In this document: piece after piece, positions 8,388-18,579 of the stretch
Layout: each line of letters starts with the position of its first letter
Position numbering within the stretch: the first letter of the stretch is position 1
Virus record (IMG/VR): IMGVR_UViG_3300032167_000030
DNA length: 49,938 bases
Direction: 5' to 3' (one strand)
Source: an uncultured virus (IMG/VR IMGVR_UViG_3300032167_000030)
Taxonomy: Duplodnaviria; Heunggongvirae; Uroviricota; Caudoviricetes
Translations under genes and position numbers: made by a program
Notes under the pieces: model-generated
What the model was told of the DNA's origin: nothing
Database searches by the model: none
The model's input: only the letters and a program-made list of their open reading frames with translations

Positions 8388-10717
8388 TTAGATGTTTGCC
8401 GCAGTCATAGTCTTCTTATTGGTATCAAAGAATAGATCCATATAGTCATCATACTTAGTAAAAGTATCATGAATATTCTTATGATTAACACCAATGTTCT
8501 TTAGAACGCCAACCATGATGTCCTTGGGAAGTACCTTACATACTTCAATGAATCTCTTACAGCTATTTTCACCAGTCTTCTTATCATTGAATTCCTTAAT
8601 GTTTTCGCTAATGTAACGAATGCAACGATCAATGATAACGAACTGTCTAGTGGATGTATCACCCTTAATCTTGTTAAGTACGTTATTGTTAAATTCCTTA
8701 TCAGAAGACTTGAAAATATCCTTAGTAGAAGTAATAGGATTCTTCTTATCTCTCAGGAAACCAATTAGCTGGGTTGCAGGAGTCTGACCAACTACACCCT
8801 TTGCTGCTTCAAACAACATACTTTCAAAATCTTCAGGATAGTAATTCTTAATCTGTCTCATTACCTTAGAAAGAAGTTCCCAACCTCTAGGAGTGGGCTT
8901 GATGTCTTCTTTACTATGAGGATCGTGAAGTAGATTAGGCATTTCTGCAATAAACTCAATTACGTCAGAATCAATTGCTTCTGTACCAGTTTTGTTATCA
9001 TCCTTTGTGTTAGATGCCCACTTAAGCCAGTCCTTTACATCAGCTTCAAGTGTATACTTAACAAACCGATTCTTCATGGCGTCGTTCATAACCTGAACCT
9101 GATAGTCGTTATCATCGTCATACTCAGGGTTACCTGCTGCAACAATAATACAAGAATCAGGAAGAATCGTTTCATTGATTCTACGGTCAAGAATCAACTG
9201 CATGAGTTCCTGATTCACTGCTGCTTCACATCTATTTAGCTCGTCAATAAAGAGGATTGTGTTGATACCTCTAGTATCATTATCCAAAATCTGCTGCATT
9301 TTAACATGTGTAGTGTAATCGTTGATCATTTTCTTGCTATTTTCATCACGTCTAGGAACGGGAATACCACCGCAAAAATCATGTAGTTTTCACTACCATA
9401 TTTCTATGTGATTTTTCGACTATCTTTTATCTAGAAACAATCTAGATCCTCATCCTTCGGATTGTTTATCCTACTCTACTCCCTTCGTGTAAGTATTTCA
9501 ACTTACCTTATTACTAGTTTAAAACTAGTTGGTTTCGATAGTCTGTACACCTTCATCTCTTTTGAGAAGCTTGGCACGGTATTGTCTGCTATCCATTTCT
9601 GGACCGTAGAGTCTCTTAGTCAGCTGCTTCGTGATAGTAAACTATCCTTATTCCACTGATACCGTTAGCATTACTTAATACGATAAGTAACACACCTTAA
9701 GATCTTACCTTAAGTTCATGAGGTTTGTTAATGAAGAACCCATTAGTCTACAAGTTCAAATTTAATGTTTTTGTAAGAATTACGTTCTTTTCTTAAAACT
9801 CTTCTAATATGGTTTGGATTTGTAAAACCCTTTTTTTCACAATAGATTTTTAATTCTGTTCTATCTATTGTTTCAGTATTACCATCTGGATAGGTTATAA
9901 GAATTTTTCTTTTTTCTGGATTTAGACTATTTTCGAAATTTCTTATAGTAGAATTTTCACTAGTAGATATGAAACAACATGTTTCCTTGCTATAAATTCT
10001 TTCATTCTTAGGAATGTATTTTTGTTTCTTATCTTTGTCCATACTAATTTCACCATTTTCAAATTTTTCAAAATCAAATCCTTCAATATCATAAAGGTCA
10101 TTTAGAAAATTGTTATAGTTCAACCAATTAGAACAAACAGAAACACCAATACCACCATATGAATTATAGTCTTTGTTTTTTTCATCATAGCAACGATGTA
10201 ACATGTTTTTATAAATTCTATATGTTTGCTTAGTATGCCTTGGATTTGTTTTAGCATCACCAAAACAAGCAACACCAAGAATAGTTATCTGATAGTAATC
10301 TTTAACACTTCCTTTTGTTATAGAACTACTACCAACTATAGCTGAATATCCACTTTCTAAAAATGTGATTTTACACATTTTTTCATACTTTTTTATTTCT
10401 ACTATCTCATCTACTATAAAATCTAAACCATCGTTATTTGTGAAAGTAACTCCAACATCAACATTAGGTTTTGTTTTTACTCTCATAAAAACATCCCCTT
10501 TATTAAAGAATTGTAACCTTTAGTTAAGCTCTCCCTCTTTTAGTAGCGCACCGAATAAGGTAACGATAGGTACTTCCTCAAATCCTTTTTCACGATAGAG
10601 ATTTGCTACGTCTCTAATCATCTGCGACTTACCAACACCAGCATGTCCTTCGATATAAGGTACAACACCTGCCACCGAAGTTACGAATACCTGATCGACC
10701 AATTCTGAATACTTCAT
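8388..10717 (-). CDS. MoxR-like AAA+ ATPase, two exons (10527-10717, 8388-9372), 391 aa after splicing
   Basis: Exon 1 has Walker A GHAGVGKS; exon 2 has Walker B LFIDELNR, AAGNP, NRF and PTPRGW. The splice GAG CT|C GGT GGT restores EGELGGIP. Confidence 0.88.
9373..10526 (-). mobile_element. Group I intron (IA-like) in the AAA ATPase gene
   Basis: Exon ends in U and intron ends in G. IGS GGUUCUUC pairs with exon GGAGAGCU. P3 ccucau/augagg, Q aauaccgugccaagc, R guacagacuauc, S aaagauaguc, P9 with GAAA tetraloops. Confidence 0.9.
9743..10486 (-). CDS. Intron-encoded HNH-type (His-Me finger) homing endonuclease
   Basis: NMLHRCY...YGGIGVSVC..W...F...MDKD...YSKETCCF...EN motifs of phage HNH-like endonucleases; C-terminal HTH-like segment. 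Confidence 0.75.
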   Translation of the reverse strand: MRVKTKPNVDVGVTFTNNDGLDFIVDEIVEIKKYEKMCKITFLESGYSAIVGSSSITKGSVKDYYQITILGVACFGDAKTNPRHTKQTYRIYKNMLHRCYDEKNKDYNSYGGIGVSVCSNWLNYNNFLNDLYDIEGFDFEKFENGEISMDKDKKQKYIPKNERIYSKETCCFISTSENSTIRNFENSLNPEKRKILITYPDGNTETIDRTELKIYCEKKGFTNPNHIRRVLRKERNSYKNIKFELVD

Positions 10718-10812
10718 GATTTTGTCTCCTTTTTGATTAGTTGTGTTGTAGTATTTTGTTTACAGAATTATTAAATATATTTATAAAAATTTTTACTTTT
10801 TATAGTTATAAG

Positions 10813-10968
10813 CTAAATAATCTCATTATCATTAAATTTCACTACTTCATCTTCGTCTAATTTAGTTTCACAACTTTCACATCTATAAAAACTAGTATAA
10901 CTATTTCCTGTAATATCATTTGTAGTTACTGTTAGTAATAAATCACAACCACAGTTAGGACATTTCAT
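10813..10968 (-). CDS. Small zinc-ribbon protein (51 aa, not in ORF track)
   Basis: MKCPNCGCD...YRCESCET with two CxxC pairs; RBS aaagtaggt. Confidence 0.65.
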   Translation of the reverse strand: MKCPNCGCDLLLTVTTNDITGNSYTSFYRCESCETKLDEDEVVKFNDNEII

Positions 10969-10993
10969 AATAGTATACCTACTTTCTTAGATT

Positions 10994-11410
10994 TTAACCA
11001 TATACAATTTCTTTAAATAAGGCATATTGGAAAATACAATCAGCAGAATTAGCATCTAGATTACATAGGTCTAACTCAAAACAACCACTATCAACTATAT
11101 CAGTAGAACAACTCTCGATATACATCTTAATTCCATTAAGTAACATATCGATATCTAACAACCAAGAAGTATTCCTATCTTCATCATCAATAAATCTTAG
11201 TTTCTTTCCATCCAATAGTAGTTTGGAACAATATTCACTAGTGGTTAAATTAGATTTTTCAAATTCATTCCATTCTTCAGTAGTATTATCCAAACAAGCC
11301 CAATATCCAATACCGCCTTCAATTGCTGTAACTACAATATCTTCAATATCCTGATCGGTGATTTTTAGATTGAATTCAATTCTAATAGGCATTTCTTTAT
11401 TTTCTAGCAT
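10994..11410 (-). CDS. Hypothetical phage protein
   Basis: 138 aa ORF, RBS aggagg, motifs TAIEGGIGYW and DANSADCIFQYALF. Confidence 0.8.
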   Translation of the reverse strand: MLENKEMPIRIEFNLKITDQDIEDIVVTAIEGGIGYWACLDNTTEEWNEFEKSNLTTSEYCSKLLLDGKKLRFIDDEDRNTSWLLDIDMLLNGIKMYIESCSTDIVDSGCFELDLCNLDANSADCIFQYALFKEIVYG

Positions 11411-11422
11411 TCTAATTTCCTC

Positions 11423-11596
11423 CTAGATTTTTAGAAGTATTTTGAAAGTTACTAATAAGATCAAAAATCCAATAATACCAATAGATAGAATACAAAATCC
11501 TTCATAACGAGATTTTTTAAATAGTGTTATAGTGATTAATCCAATTAGTATTATAACAATACATGGTATCATGAATAGATTAAAGAGATCGTTCAT
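11423..11596 (-). CDS. Small two-TM membrane protein (57 aa, not in ORF track)
   Basis: MNDLFNLFMIPCIVIILIGLITITLFKKSRYEGFCILSIGIIGFLILL...; RBS aaggag. Confidence 0.65.
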   Translation of the reverse strand: MNDLFNLFMIPCIVIILIGLITITLFKKSRYEGFCILSIGIIGFLILLVTFKILLKI

Positions 11597-11631
11597 CTTA
11601 GAATATACTTCTCCTTTAATATAGAGATAAA

Positions 11632-11674
11632 AAATTCGACTATTTCAAGATATAACCTTGAAATAGTCGAATTT
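11632..11674 (-). terminator. Intrinsic terminator
   Basis: aaattcgactatttcaag/cttgaaatagtcgaattt 18-bp stem. Confidence 0.8.
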
Positions 11675-11687
11675 ATAGGATTACCTT

Positions 11688-11858
11688 TTACATCATTCTC
11701 CAAAGTTTAATGATAGAGGTAACAAACAGAATAATTCCAATAGATTCAGGAATATCTCCATCTTTTTTGTTTAGTGTATCATTTATGTTGATATAACAAC
11801 CAGAAATTATAAGAAGTACACTAATAGATACAATAAACATACAGATTTGTACAGACAT
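11688..11858 (-). CDS. Small two-TM membrane protein (56 aa, not in ORF track)
   Basis: MSVQICMFIVSISVLLIISG...ESIGIILFVTSIIKLWRMM; abuts the upstream stop; RBS gaggtg. Confidence 0.6.
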   Translation of the reverse strand: MSVQICMFIVSISVLLIISGCYININDTLNKKDGDIPESIGIILFVTSIIKLWRMM

Positions 11859-12047
11859 TTAGAAAATCACCTCTAATAAAGGAAAAATAAGTAGTACTAC
11901 CATAAAAACATACATAATTACAGTATGTGTAATGACAATAGATCTACTAAAACTTGGTTTAATTTTCTTTAAAGCTAATAGAAATTTGACTACATATACT
12001 GTAAAGAAAACTAAGATAGCTAATACAAATATAACTAAACCAGTCAC
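11859..12047 (-). CDS. Small two-TM membrane protein
   Basis: 62 aa with two hydrophobic segments; overlaps the gyrA stop by 4 nt. Confidence 0.7.
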   Translation of the reverse strand: MTGLVIFVLAILVFFTVYVVKFLLALKKIKPSFSRSIVITHTVIMYVFMVVLLIFPLLEVIF

Positions 12048-15000
12048 TTTAGAATCACCTTTCTTACATAGTCTTCATTAGTCAAACTAACTAATTTCTT
12101 ACCATAAGTAGGTCTCTTTAAAGGTTCTTTGAATTCTTCAGTATTGACTACTAATAGTTTGCTATCAGTAACAATCATTAGTTCGTCATTTACATTATTG
12201 ATAGCTACCATTGAAACTAATTCGTCATTTTCTTTTAGTTTCATGCATAGTCTGCCTTTAATGTTGGATGAGCGTTTTAGTCTAGGAAAACCATCATTGA
12301 TGATTACTTTTTCTTTAGTATTGGGATCAACTTTTTCTACATTATCAGTAATACGAATAGTTTTACCTAAACCATTTTTAGTAGCAAAGAAGATTAGTTG
12401 TTCGTCATCTTCAATGATACACATATCTGTAATACGGTCATCATTTTCTAGATTAATACCAATTACACCATAGGTATTTCTACCTAATTCTTTGATTTCT
12501 TCATGATCATATCTAACTGTCTGAGCATTTTTAGTAGAAATCAAGATATCTTGCATAGGTTTACTAGTATCAATATACTTTACAGAAACTAGTTCATCAC
12601 CAGACTTTAACATCAAAGCAATAATACCAGTAGAACGAATGTTATTGAATTCTTCTAACTTAGTTTTCTTAATCATACCATTCTTAGTAGCGAAAACTAG
12701 GAAGGATTCATTATCATTCATCTGTGTATTATTGATACATAGAATGTTAGTAACTGTTTCATTTTCTTTTAGATTTAGATAATTTTCAATTCTTAAACCC
12801 TTAGCTTTAAGATCCTTAGATTCTTTAATGTCATAAGCTTTTAAATCATAGACTCTGGCAGTATTAGTAAAACATAGTAGATGATCCTTAGTAGAAGCAG
12901 AGAACATTTCTGTGATAGAGTTATCACCAATAGAAATACCCTGAGTACCACGTTTCTGAGTTCTAAACTCATTTGAAATACGCTTAATGTAATTACCCTG
13001 AGTAATGACAATCAAAGTATCTTCATCAGCAATAATGTCTTCAGTAGTAATATCAGTATCAATCTCTTCTACAGTAGTCTTTCTTTCACTACCATATTTT
13101 TTAGCAAATTCTTTCTGTTCTTTCTTAATTCTTTCATAGATATTGGATTCTTTCCAATTCTCTTTTAGTTCTAGAATTTCTTTTTGCTTACTTAGTTTTT
13201 CTTCTTCTAGCTTCTTTCCATCTAGAGAGTTTAACTGAGAAAGTTTCATGTCAAGAATAGCTTCAACCTGTAAATCAGTAAATCCATATTTCCTAACTAA
13301 CTTTACTTTAGCATCAGCTCTTCCATTAGCTTTCTTAATGATACTAATAACAGTATCGATATCAGTTAATGCTTTTAATAGACCTTCTAGAATATGTTCA
13401 CGATACTTAGCTTTCTTGATATCATGTGTAATGATACGTCTAATAGTAGATACACGGAATTCAATCCATTCAGTTAGAATTTCCTTGATGTTATAAACCT
13501 TAAAGAAATTACCATTCTTACAAACTAGAATGATCTTAAAAGTAGATTCTAACTGAGTGAACTTGTATAACTGATTTAGAATAACATCAGGGTCATAATC
13601 TTTCTTGATAAAAACTTTAATACATAGACCATTCTTATCAGAAATATCGTGAATATCCTTAATTCCATCAATTGTACCATCTTTAATCTTAGCTACAATG
13701 GAATTAATCAAACCACCCTCAGTATTAGTAGATGTGCCACTCATACGAGGACCAATTGTAGTCATAAATGGAATTTCAGTAATAACAATTTCTGATGTGT
13801 TATTCTTATTTCTATTGATAGTTGCTCTACCTCTTAGTTTTACTGAACCCTGACCAGTAATGTAAGCTTTTTCAATTTCCTTCTTAGAACATAAGATACC
13901 ACCTGTAGGAAAGTCAGGAACTAGTTTCTTAGCTACATCTTGAACTGACATATTAGGATTATCAATTAGTTCACATACAGTATTACATACATCCTTGATG
14001 TTATGTGGAGGAATTGAAGAAGCATAACCACCTGCAATACCCATTGAAGAATTCAATAGGATATTAGGAATTACTGCAGGTAAAACAGTTGGTTGATCTT
14101 TAGTTACATCATAGTTCTTTTCAAAATCAACAGCATCCTTATCGATTTCACTAAGAATATCTAATCCATATTTACTAAGTTTTGCCTCAGTATTATGACT
14201 AATAAAACCATTACTAATAAAACTATGATCATTAGAATCTACTTTAATTGAATATACTACTTCTTCTGGTAGTCTTTCAACTTCAATAATTTCTTCATAA
14301 TGGTATAAATCTAAAACTTCAAGTTTTCTCATAAGCTTAAAATATTCTTCATAACTCAAAGAATCTTTAATTACATCATTATGTTTATCTATATCTTGTT
14401 TACAATTTAGGCTATGAGACTTTAAATAATGTGTATTTCTAAGTTTATTATTTCTAATGAATTCGGCAAGATATGGAATTTTATCTGAAGAAGAAACACC
14501 ATAAGACTTAGTAATTTGTATTTCTTTATTTTCTACTAATTCATTCAATACTTTATTTTTTCTATCACTTAAAAATCCTATTTTTTCTTTAAAAATTTTC
14601 ATGTCAGTTAAAGAATAAATTGTAAGTTTAAAATTAGATCTGTCTTTAGTAACTTTAGTTCTAATACCAAAATTCATTAATAGAATTTTTAATTCATTCA
14701 AAAGTTTTGTTGAAGAAGTAGAATAAAATACATGTCCAGTAACATTATCTTTTCTTCTTTTATCTAAACGACATGTTACTCCTCCATCTCCTTCAAAAAG
14801 TGCCTTTAAAAACCATCTTTGAATTTCTAAATTAGAGTTTAGAACATAGGGAGGAATCTGTTTATTATGAGCATCTTCACCAATTTGTTCTTTAACTAAA
14901 TTATGAAGATTTTTGTCTTCAGTACAAAATTCTTTAACTCCACCACGAGCATTTGGATTAATACGAATATTCAAATTACTTAGATTATTCTCTTCAAGAT

Positions 15001-15859
15001 ATACTTTATATCCAGATTCCACTAGATTATAGTATTCATTATCTTGATTGGAGAAACTTACTCTATAGTATCTCTGATTTTTAGATAAACCTCCTTCAGA
15101 AACCATTCCACCAAAGAAAATTGCTTTAAGCTTTTCTTCTTCACTTATAGTTTCATTAAAAGAATTATTGAATTTAGATGCTATAACAGCATAACATCCA
15201 GTTTCAATTTTATCTAAAGTTGTCCATCTGAATTCTGGTAGACCATCAGTAGGATTTTTATATAAACACAAGATAGGATGATTATAACTACCTCTAATAG
15301 TACAACCAGAACTGGTTTTAATCTTGATTATATCATGTTTTCCAGAATTAAAGAATTTAGAAACATGTACTGGATTATTTTTAAAATCTAATACTTCAAA
15401 ATCTACATCCATAGTTGAATCATCATTAGAATTTTCAATTAGTTCATCAATTCTTTTTAATTTACCATTTGGTAGACTAATTAAGGTATCACCAGTCACA
15501 CAATATCTATGAGCTGCTGCGCCTGATCCATCAATAGAACCACATGCACCATGAAAATCAATTAATGGAATATTCATAGAATGAGTCTGAGCAAGTCTAC
15601 ACAATGCTTCATAAGCTGCATCTAGTGAATGTGGATGGAAGTTAGCAATAACATCACCAGCAATCTTAGCACACTTTACATGGGGTTTATTTGGAAAGAA
15701 ACCTGAACTGTAACAACTCCAAAGGATAAATTTCTGTACTGGTTTTAATCCATCTCTAATATCAGGAATCGCTCTATCATACATTAGAGACATCATATAC
15801 TGAAGCATATTGTCTTTTTGAATATCAACAATATCCTTTTGAATTACATTCTGTGCCAT
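12044..15859 (-). CDS. gyrA: DNA gyrase subunit A with intein (834 aa mature)
   Basis: RAIPDIRDGLKPVQ, HPH, AAHRY|TEAKL, PDFPTGG, GyrA-box-like QKRGTQG and CTD pinwheel repeats. Confidence 0.95.
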   Translation of the reverse strand: MAQNVIQKDIVDIQKDNMLQYMMSLMYDRAIPDIRDGLKPVQKFILWSCYSSGFFPNKPHVKCAKIAGDVIANFHPHSLDAAYEALCRLAQTHSMNIPLIDFHGACGSIDGSGAAAHRYCVTGDTLISLPNGKLKRIDELIENSNDDSTMDVDFEVLDFKNNPVHVSKFFNSGKHDIIKIKTSSGCTIRGSYNHPILCLYKNPTDGLPEFRWTTLDKIETGCYAVIASKFNNSFNETISEEEKLKAIFFGGMVSEGGLSKNQRYYRVSFSNQDNEYYNLVESGYKVYLEENNLSNLNIRINPNARGGVKEFCTEDKNLHNLVKEQIGEDAHNKQIPPYVLNSNLEIQRWFLKALFEGDGGVTCRLDKRRKDNVTGHVFYSTSSTKLLNELKILLMNFGIRTKVTKDRSNFKLTIYSLTDMKIFKEKIGFLSDRKNKVLNELVENKEIQITKSYGVSSSDKIPYLAEFIRNNKLRNTHYLKSHSLNCKQDIDKHNDVIKDSLSYEEYFKLMRKLEVLDLYHYEEIIEVERLPEEVVYSIKVDSNDHSFISNGFISHNTEAKLSKYGLDILSEIDKDAVDFEKNYDVTKDQPTVLPAVIPNILLNSSMGIAGGYASSIPPHNIKDVCNTVCELIDNPNMSVQDVAKKLVPDFPTGGILCSKKEIEKAYITGQGSVKLRGRATINRNKNNTSEIVITEIPFMTTIGPRMSGTSTNTEGGLINSIVAKIKDGTIDGIKDIHDISDKNGLCIKVFIKKDYDPDVILNQLYKFTQLESTFKIILVCKNGNFFKVYNIKEILTEWIEFRVSTIRRIITHDIKKAKYREHILEGLLKALTDIDTVISIIKKANGRADAKVKLVRKYGFTDLQVEAILDMKLSQLNSLDGKKLEEEKLSKQKEILELKENWKESNIYERIKKEQKEFAKKYGSERKTTVEEIDTDITTEDIIADEDTLIVITQGNYIKRISNEFRTQKRGTQGISIGDNSITEMFSASTKDHLLCFTNTARVYDLKAYDIKESKDLKAKGLRIENYLNLKENETVTNILCINNTQMNDNESFLVFATKNGMIKKTKLEEFNNIRSTGIIALMLKSGDELVSVKYIDTSKPMQDILISTKNAQTVRYDHEEIKELGRNTYGVIGINLENDDRITDMCIIEDDEQLIFFATKNGLGKTIRITDNVEKVDPNTKEKVIINDGFPRLKRSSNIKGRLCMKLKENDELVSMVAINNVNDELMIVTDSKLLVVNTEEFKEPLKRPTYGKKLVSLTNEDYVRKVILK
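14192..15502 (-). mobile_element. LAGLIDADG intein (437 aa) in GyrA
   Basis: Starts CVTGDT right after the catalytic RY. Block B GSYNHP, endonuclease motifs FFGGMVSEG and FLKALFEGDG. Ends FISHN followed by Thr. Confidence 0.95.
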
Positions 15860-15873
15860 TATGTGTTCTCCTT

Positions 15874-17217
15874 CTATACTAGATTATAATATACGTAATC
15901 TAATAAAAATTTTCTTTCATTTACAATAGTTTCATTAATAACTTCATTAAGGACTGTATTTAGTATTTCACCTATACGTTTACCTTCAGGTACACCCATA
16001 GCAATAATGTCTTTACCATTAATTGCTAAGTCCTTTATAGTAAAACATTGATTAGATTGGATTATTTCAGCTAAAATTTTTCTAAGTTTATCATTTCTTT
16101 CTAATCTAGACTTCTGTGTATCTTTGGAGTGTGCTAACATATCTGCTTCACGAATATCAAGAAGTCTTAAAAATTGTTTTTCACCAATTTTATTTAACCA
16201 TCTACGTACTGTTTTTGGTGTTGGTTCAATAGTTGAATCATGGTATAATACTAATTCAAGAACATCATGTTTTGTTTTATTATCAAATCTTAAATTGTCT
16301 AATACTTTCTCTGCTATATCATGACTTACTACTCCATGACCATAAAAATGTCCTCCGTTACAGTCTTCAGTATAACAATGAGGTTTGCCAATATCATGAA
16401 GTAAGAGTGATATAATTACTACTAAATCCGAACCTCCATAATTGTATACTGCATGTCTGATATGATCATAAACATCGTATTCATGATAACGATTATTTTG
16501 ATTAAATCCAATACAAGGTTTTAATTCTGGAATAATAGTTGTAATCACATCTTTATAGTTTGCTAAAATATAGGATCCACCATAACCAAGTAACAATTTA
16601 CATAATTCGCTATTAATGCGTTCAATGGCAATATTTTTAAGTAAATCCTTATTTTTATGAATAGCTTCTTGTGTGGATTCTGCAATTGGAATTTCATATC
16701 TAGAAGAAAAACGTAAAGCTCTCATAATACGTAACGCATCTTCATTAAAACGTTCATTAGCATCTCCAACACAAGAAATTATACCATTCTTTAAATCCTT
16801 ATAACCATTAAAATAGTCAATCAAACCATCTTGTTTGTTATAAGCCATAGCGTTTATAGTAAAATCTCTTCTTGCAAGATCTTCTTTAAGGTTACTAACA
16901 AATGTTACTGAATCTGGATGTCGATTATCAGAATAGTTTCCATCAGTACGATATGTTGTAATCTCATACTGTTCGTCATCTAGAACTATAGTAACTGTTC
17001 CATGTTTTAAACCTGTTTCAATTATACGCTTATCATTAAAAACTTCTAGTATTTGTGGTGGAAGTGCTGAAGTACAAATATCCCAATCTTTTGGTTGTAA
17101 TCCTAACAGACTATCTCTAACACATCCACCGACTATATATGCTTCATATCCATTATCATGTAAAGTATCTAAGATAACATTCACATTATCTGGAATATTG
17201 AAAGAGACATTATACAT
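15874..17217 (-). CDS. cca: CCA-adding tRNA nucleotidyltransferase with HD domain
   Basis: VGGCVRD, DWDI, EDLARRDFTINAMA, EDALRIMR, ERINSE and HDIGKP. Confidence 0.88.
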   Translation of the reverse strand: MYNVSFNIPDNVNVILDTLHDNGYEAYIVGGCVRDSLLGLQPKDWDICTSALPPQILEVFNDKRIIETGLKHGTVTIVLDDEQYEITTYRTDGNYSDNRHPDSVTFVSNLKEDLARRDFTINAMAYNKQDGLIDYFNGYKDLKNGIISCVGDANERFNEDALRIMRALRFSSRYEIPIAESTQEAIHKNKDLLKNIAIERINSELCKLLLGYGGSYILANYKDVITTIIPELKPCIGFNQNNRYHEYDVYDHIRHAVYNYGGSDLVVIISLLLHDIGKPHCYTEDCNGGHFYGHGVVSHDIAEKVLDNLRFDNKTKHDVLELVLYHDSTIEPTPKTVRRWLNKIGEKQFLRLLDIREADMLAHSKDTQKSRLERNDKLRKILAEIIQSNQCFTIKDLAINGKDIIAMGVPEGKRIGEILNTVLNEVINETIVNERKFLLDYVYYNLV

Positions 17218-18259
17218 CTAATGACCTCCTATTTACATCTATTGTAAATTCTTCAATAAGTTCCATATTTGGCTCCATAGGAAGACTAGAATTTTCTTTA
17301 GCATATACTAAACGTTTTTCATAATCAGATACAATATCAAAGAAATCTTTATGGTAAGTACCATCTTCATTTTGATATCTTCCATTACGAATACTTAATA
17401 GAAATTCTATATCATTTTCTCTATAAGTATTGATCTCTTCTTTTTCTAGAATGTCAATAGCCATTAGATACAGTCTAATTAGATGCATTGCATGTTTATT
17501 AAGATGTGCATCATCTTTCTTATGATTTCTATGATTTAGTTTTCCATAACTACTAATTACATTTGATAGAGAGTTTAACATAACAGTAAAATCTCTTGCT
17601 GGAATTTTGTCAAGGTAAATCTTACAGAAAATTTCACAATCTAAATCATCACGATTACTTTTATCTATAAAGAGTTCAACACCATTACCATCAGAAATTC
17701 CATATTTATCAATAAAGTGATTTAAAGATCTTTGCATGGAATTTCTAATGTGTCTTTCATTATCTTCCTGTGATAGTTTATCTCTAGCTATTGCATTTTC
17801 TAAACGACGAAGCTGCTGAGTTGCATATCCACCAAAAGAATCCTCAACTGCTTTTTTAGAAAGAAAAATTTTTCTATTGTCTATTAGTTCTTTACCAATA
17901 TCTGTAATGTAAAAATAGTGTTCTGGTTTACAACCAAGTAATTCAATGGTGTTAGGATTGCAGCTGATTAAGAGTTTAATCAATTTATTAAAACTATAGA
18001 TTGTCGTATCTGTTGTTGTATTTACTACCTGTTCAAAATTTGACATACCGAGGATATCATTAACACTATTAAGAGCACAACCACGAACATCTACATCTGA
18101 ATTTTCATTATTTGTACCATAGGCATAGCTACCACCTAATGTAAGAAAAATGATTCTATCCTTAAGATGTGGATTAGTTCTTAGAAAATCGTATGATTCA
18201 CCATTAACCATATTTTTGATTTCTTCAATAGTCATTTCATCATTAGTCCTTTCTAACAA
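17210..18259 (-). CDS. Pol-beta-family nucleotidyltransferase (RlaP/YcgL-like)
   Basis: GSYAYG...SDVDVRG, CNPNTIELL, FGGYA and KHAMHLIRLY. Confidence 0.8.
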   Translation of the reverse strand: MLERTNDEMTIEEIKNMVNGESYDFLRTNPHLKDRIIFLTLGGSYAYGTNNENSDVDVRGCALNSVNDILGMSNFEQVVNTTTDTTIYSFNKLIKLLISCNPNTIELLGCKPEHYFYITDIGKELIDNRKIFLSKKAVEDSFGGYATQQLRRLENAIARDKLSQEDNERHIRNSMQRSLNHFIDKYGISDGNGVELFIDKSNRDDLDCEIFCKIYLDKIPARDFTVMLNSLSNVISSYGKLNHRNHKKDDAHLNKHAMHLIRLYLMAIDILEKEEINTYRENDIEFLLSIRNGRYQNEDGTYHKDFFDIVSDYEKRLVYAKENSSLPMEPNMELIEEFTIDVNRRSLDV

Positions 18260-18510
18260 GTTCTATTAGCTAAAGCTGTGATTACTAGTTCTATGATTTC
18301 TCTAGGATCATTGTATTCATAAATCTTAAAGCTAGTTTCTTTAAAATCCTCTTCATTTAAGATAAGTTCACAATTTTTGTATTTTTCTTTAGCTCTTTTT
18401 AATGCTTCTTCTTTACTATCTGCTTTAATAGCAACTAACTTTTGTAAAACTTCTTCAACTTCTACTATAAAAATATGCTCATTTTCTATTACATTCTTTA
18501 AGCTTTCCAT
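18253..18510 (-). CDS. DpnD/PcfM-like protein
   Basis: VEVEEVLQKLVAIKADSKEEAL...Y...ELILNEEDF pattern. Confidence 0.65.
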   Translation of the reverse strand: MESLKNVIENEHIFIVEVEEVLQKLVAIKADSKEEALKRAKEKYKNCELILNEEDFKETSFKIYEYNDPREIIELVITALANRTC

Positions 18511-18535
18511 GATTAACTCTCCTCTAAAACAAAAT

Positions 18536-18570
18536 AAAGAGGATGTTTTAATGAATAAAACATCCTCTTT
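18536..18570 (-). terminator. Intrinsic terminator
   Basis: aaagaggatgtttta/taaaacatcctcttt inverted repeat. Confidence 0.75.
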
Positions 18571-18579
18571 TTAGTGTTT

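Noticed and set aside
9462..9659. 65-aa plus-strand ORF
   Set aside because: Antisense to the intron catalytic core, with no RBS or recognisable motif.
8388..10717. AAA ATPase as two separate or broken genes
   Set aside because: Intron removal gives one in-frame 391-aa protein.
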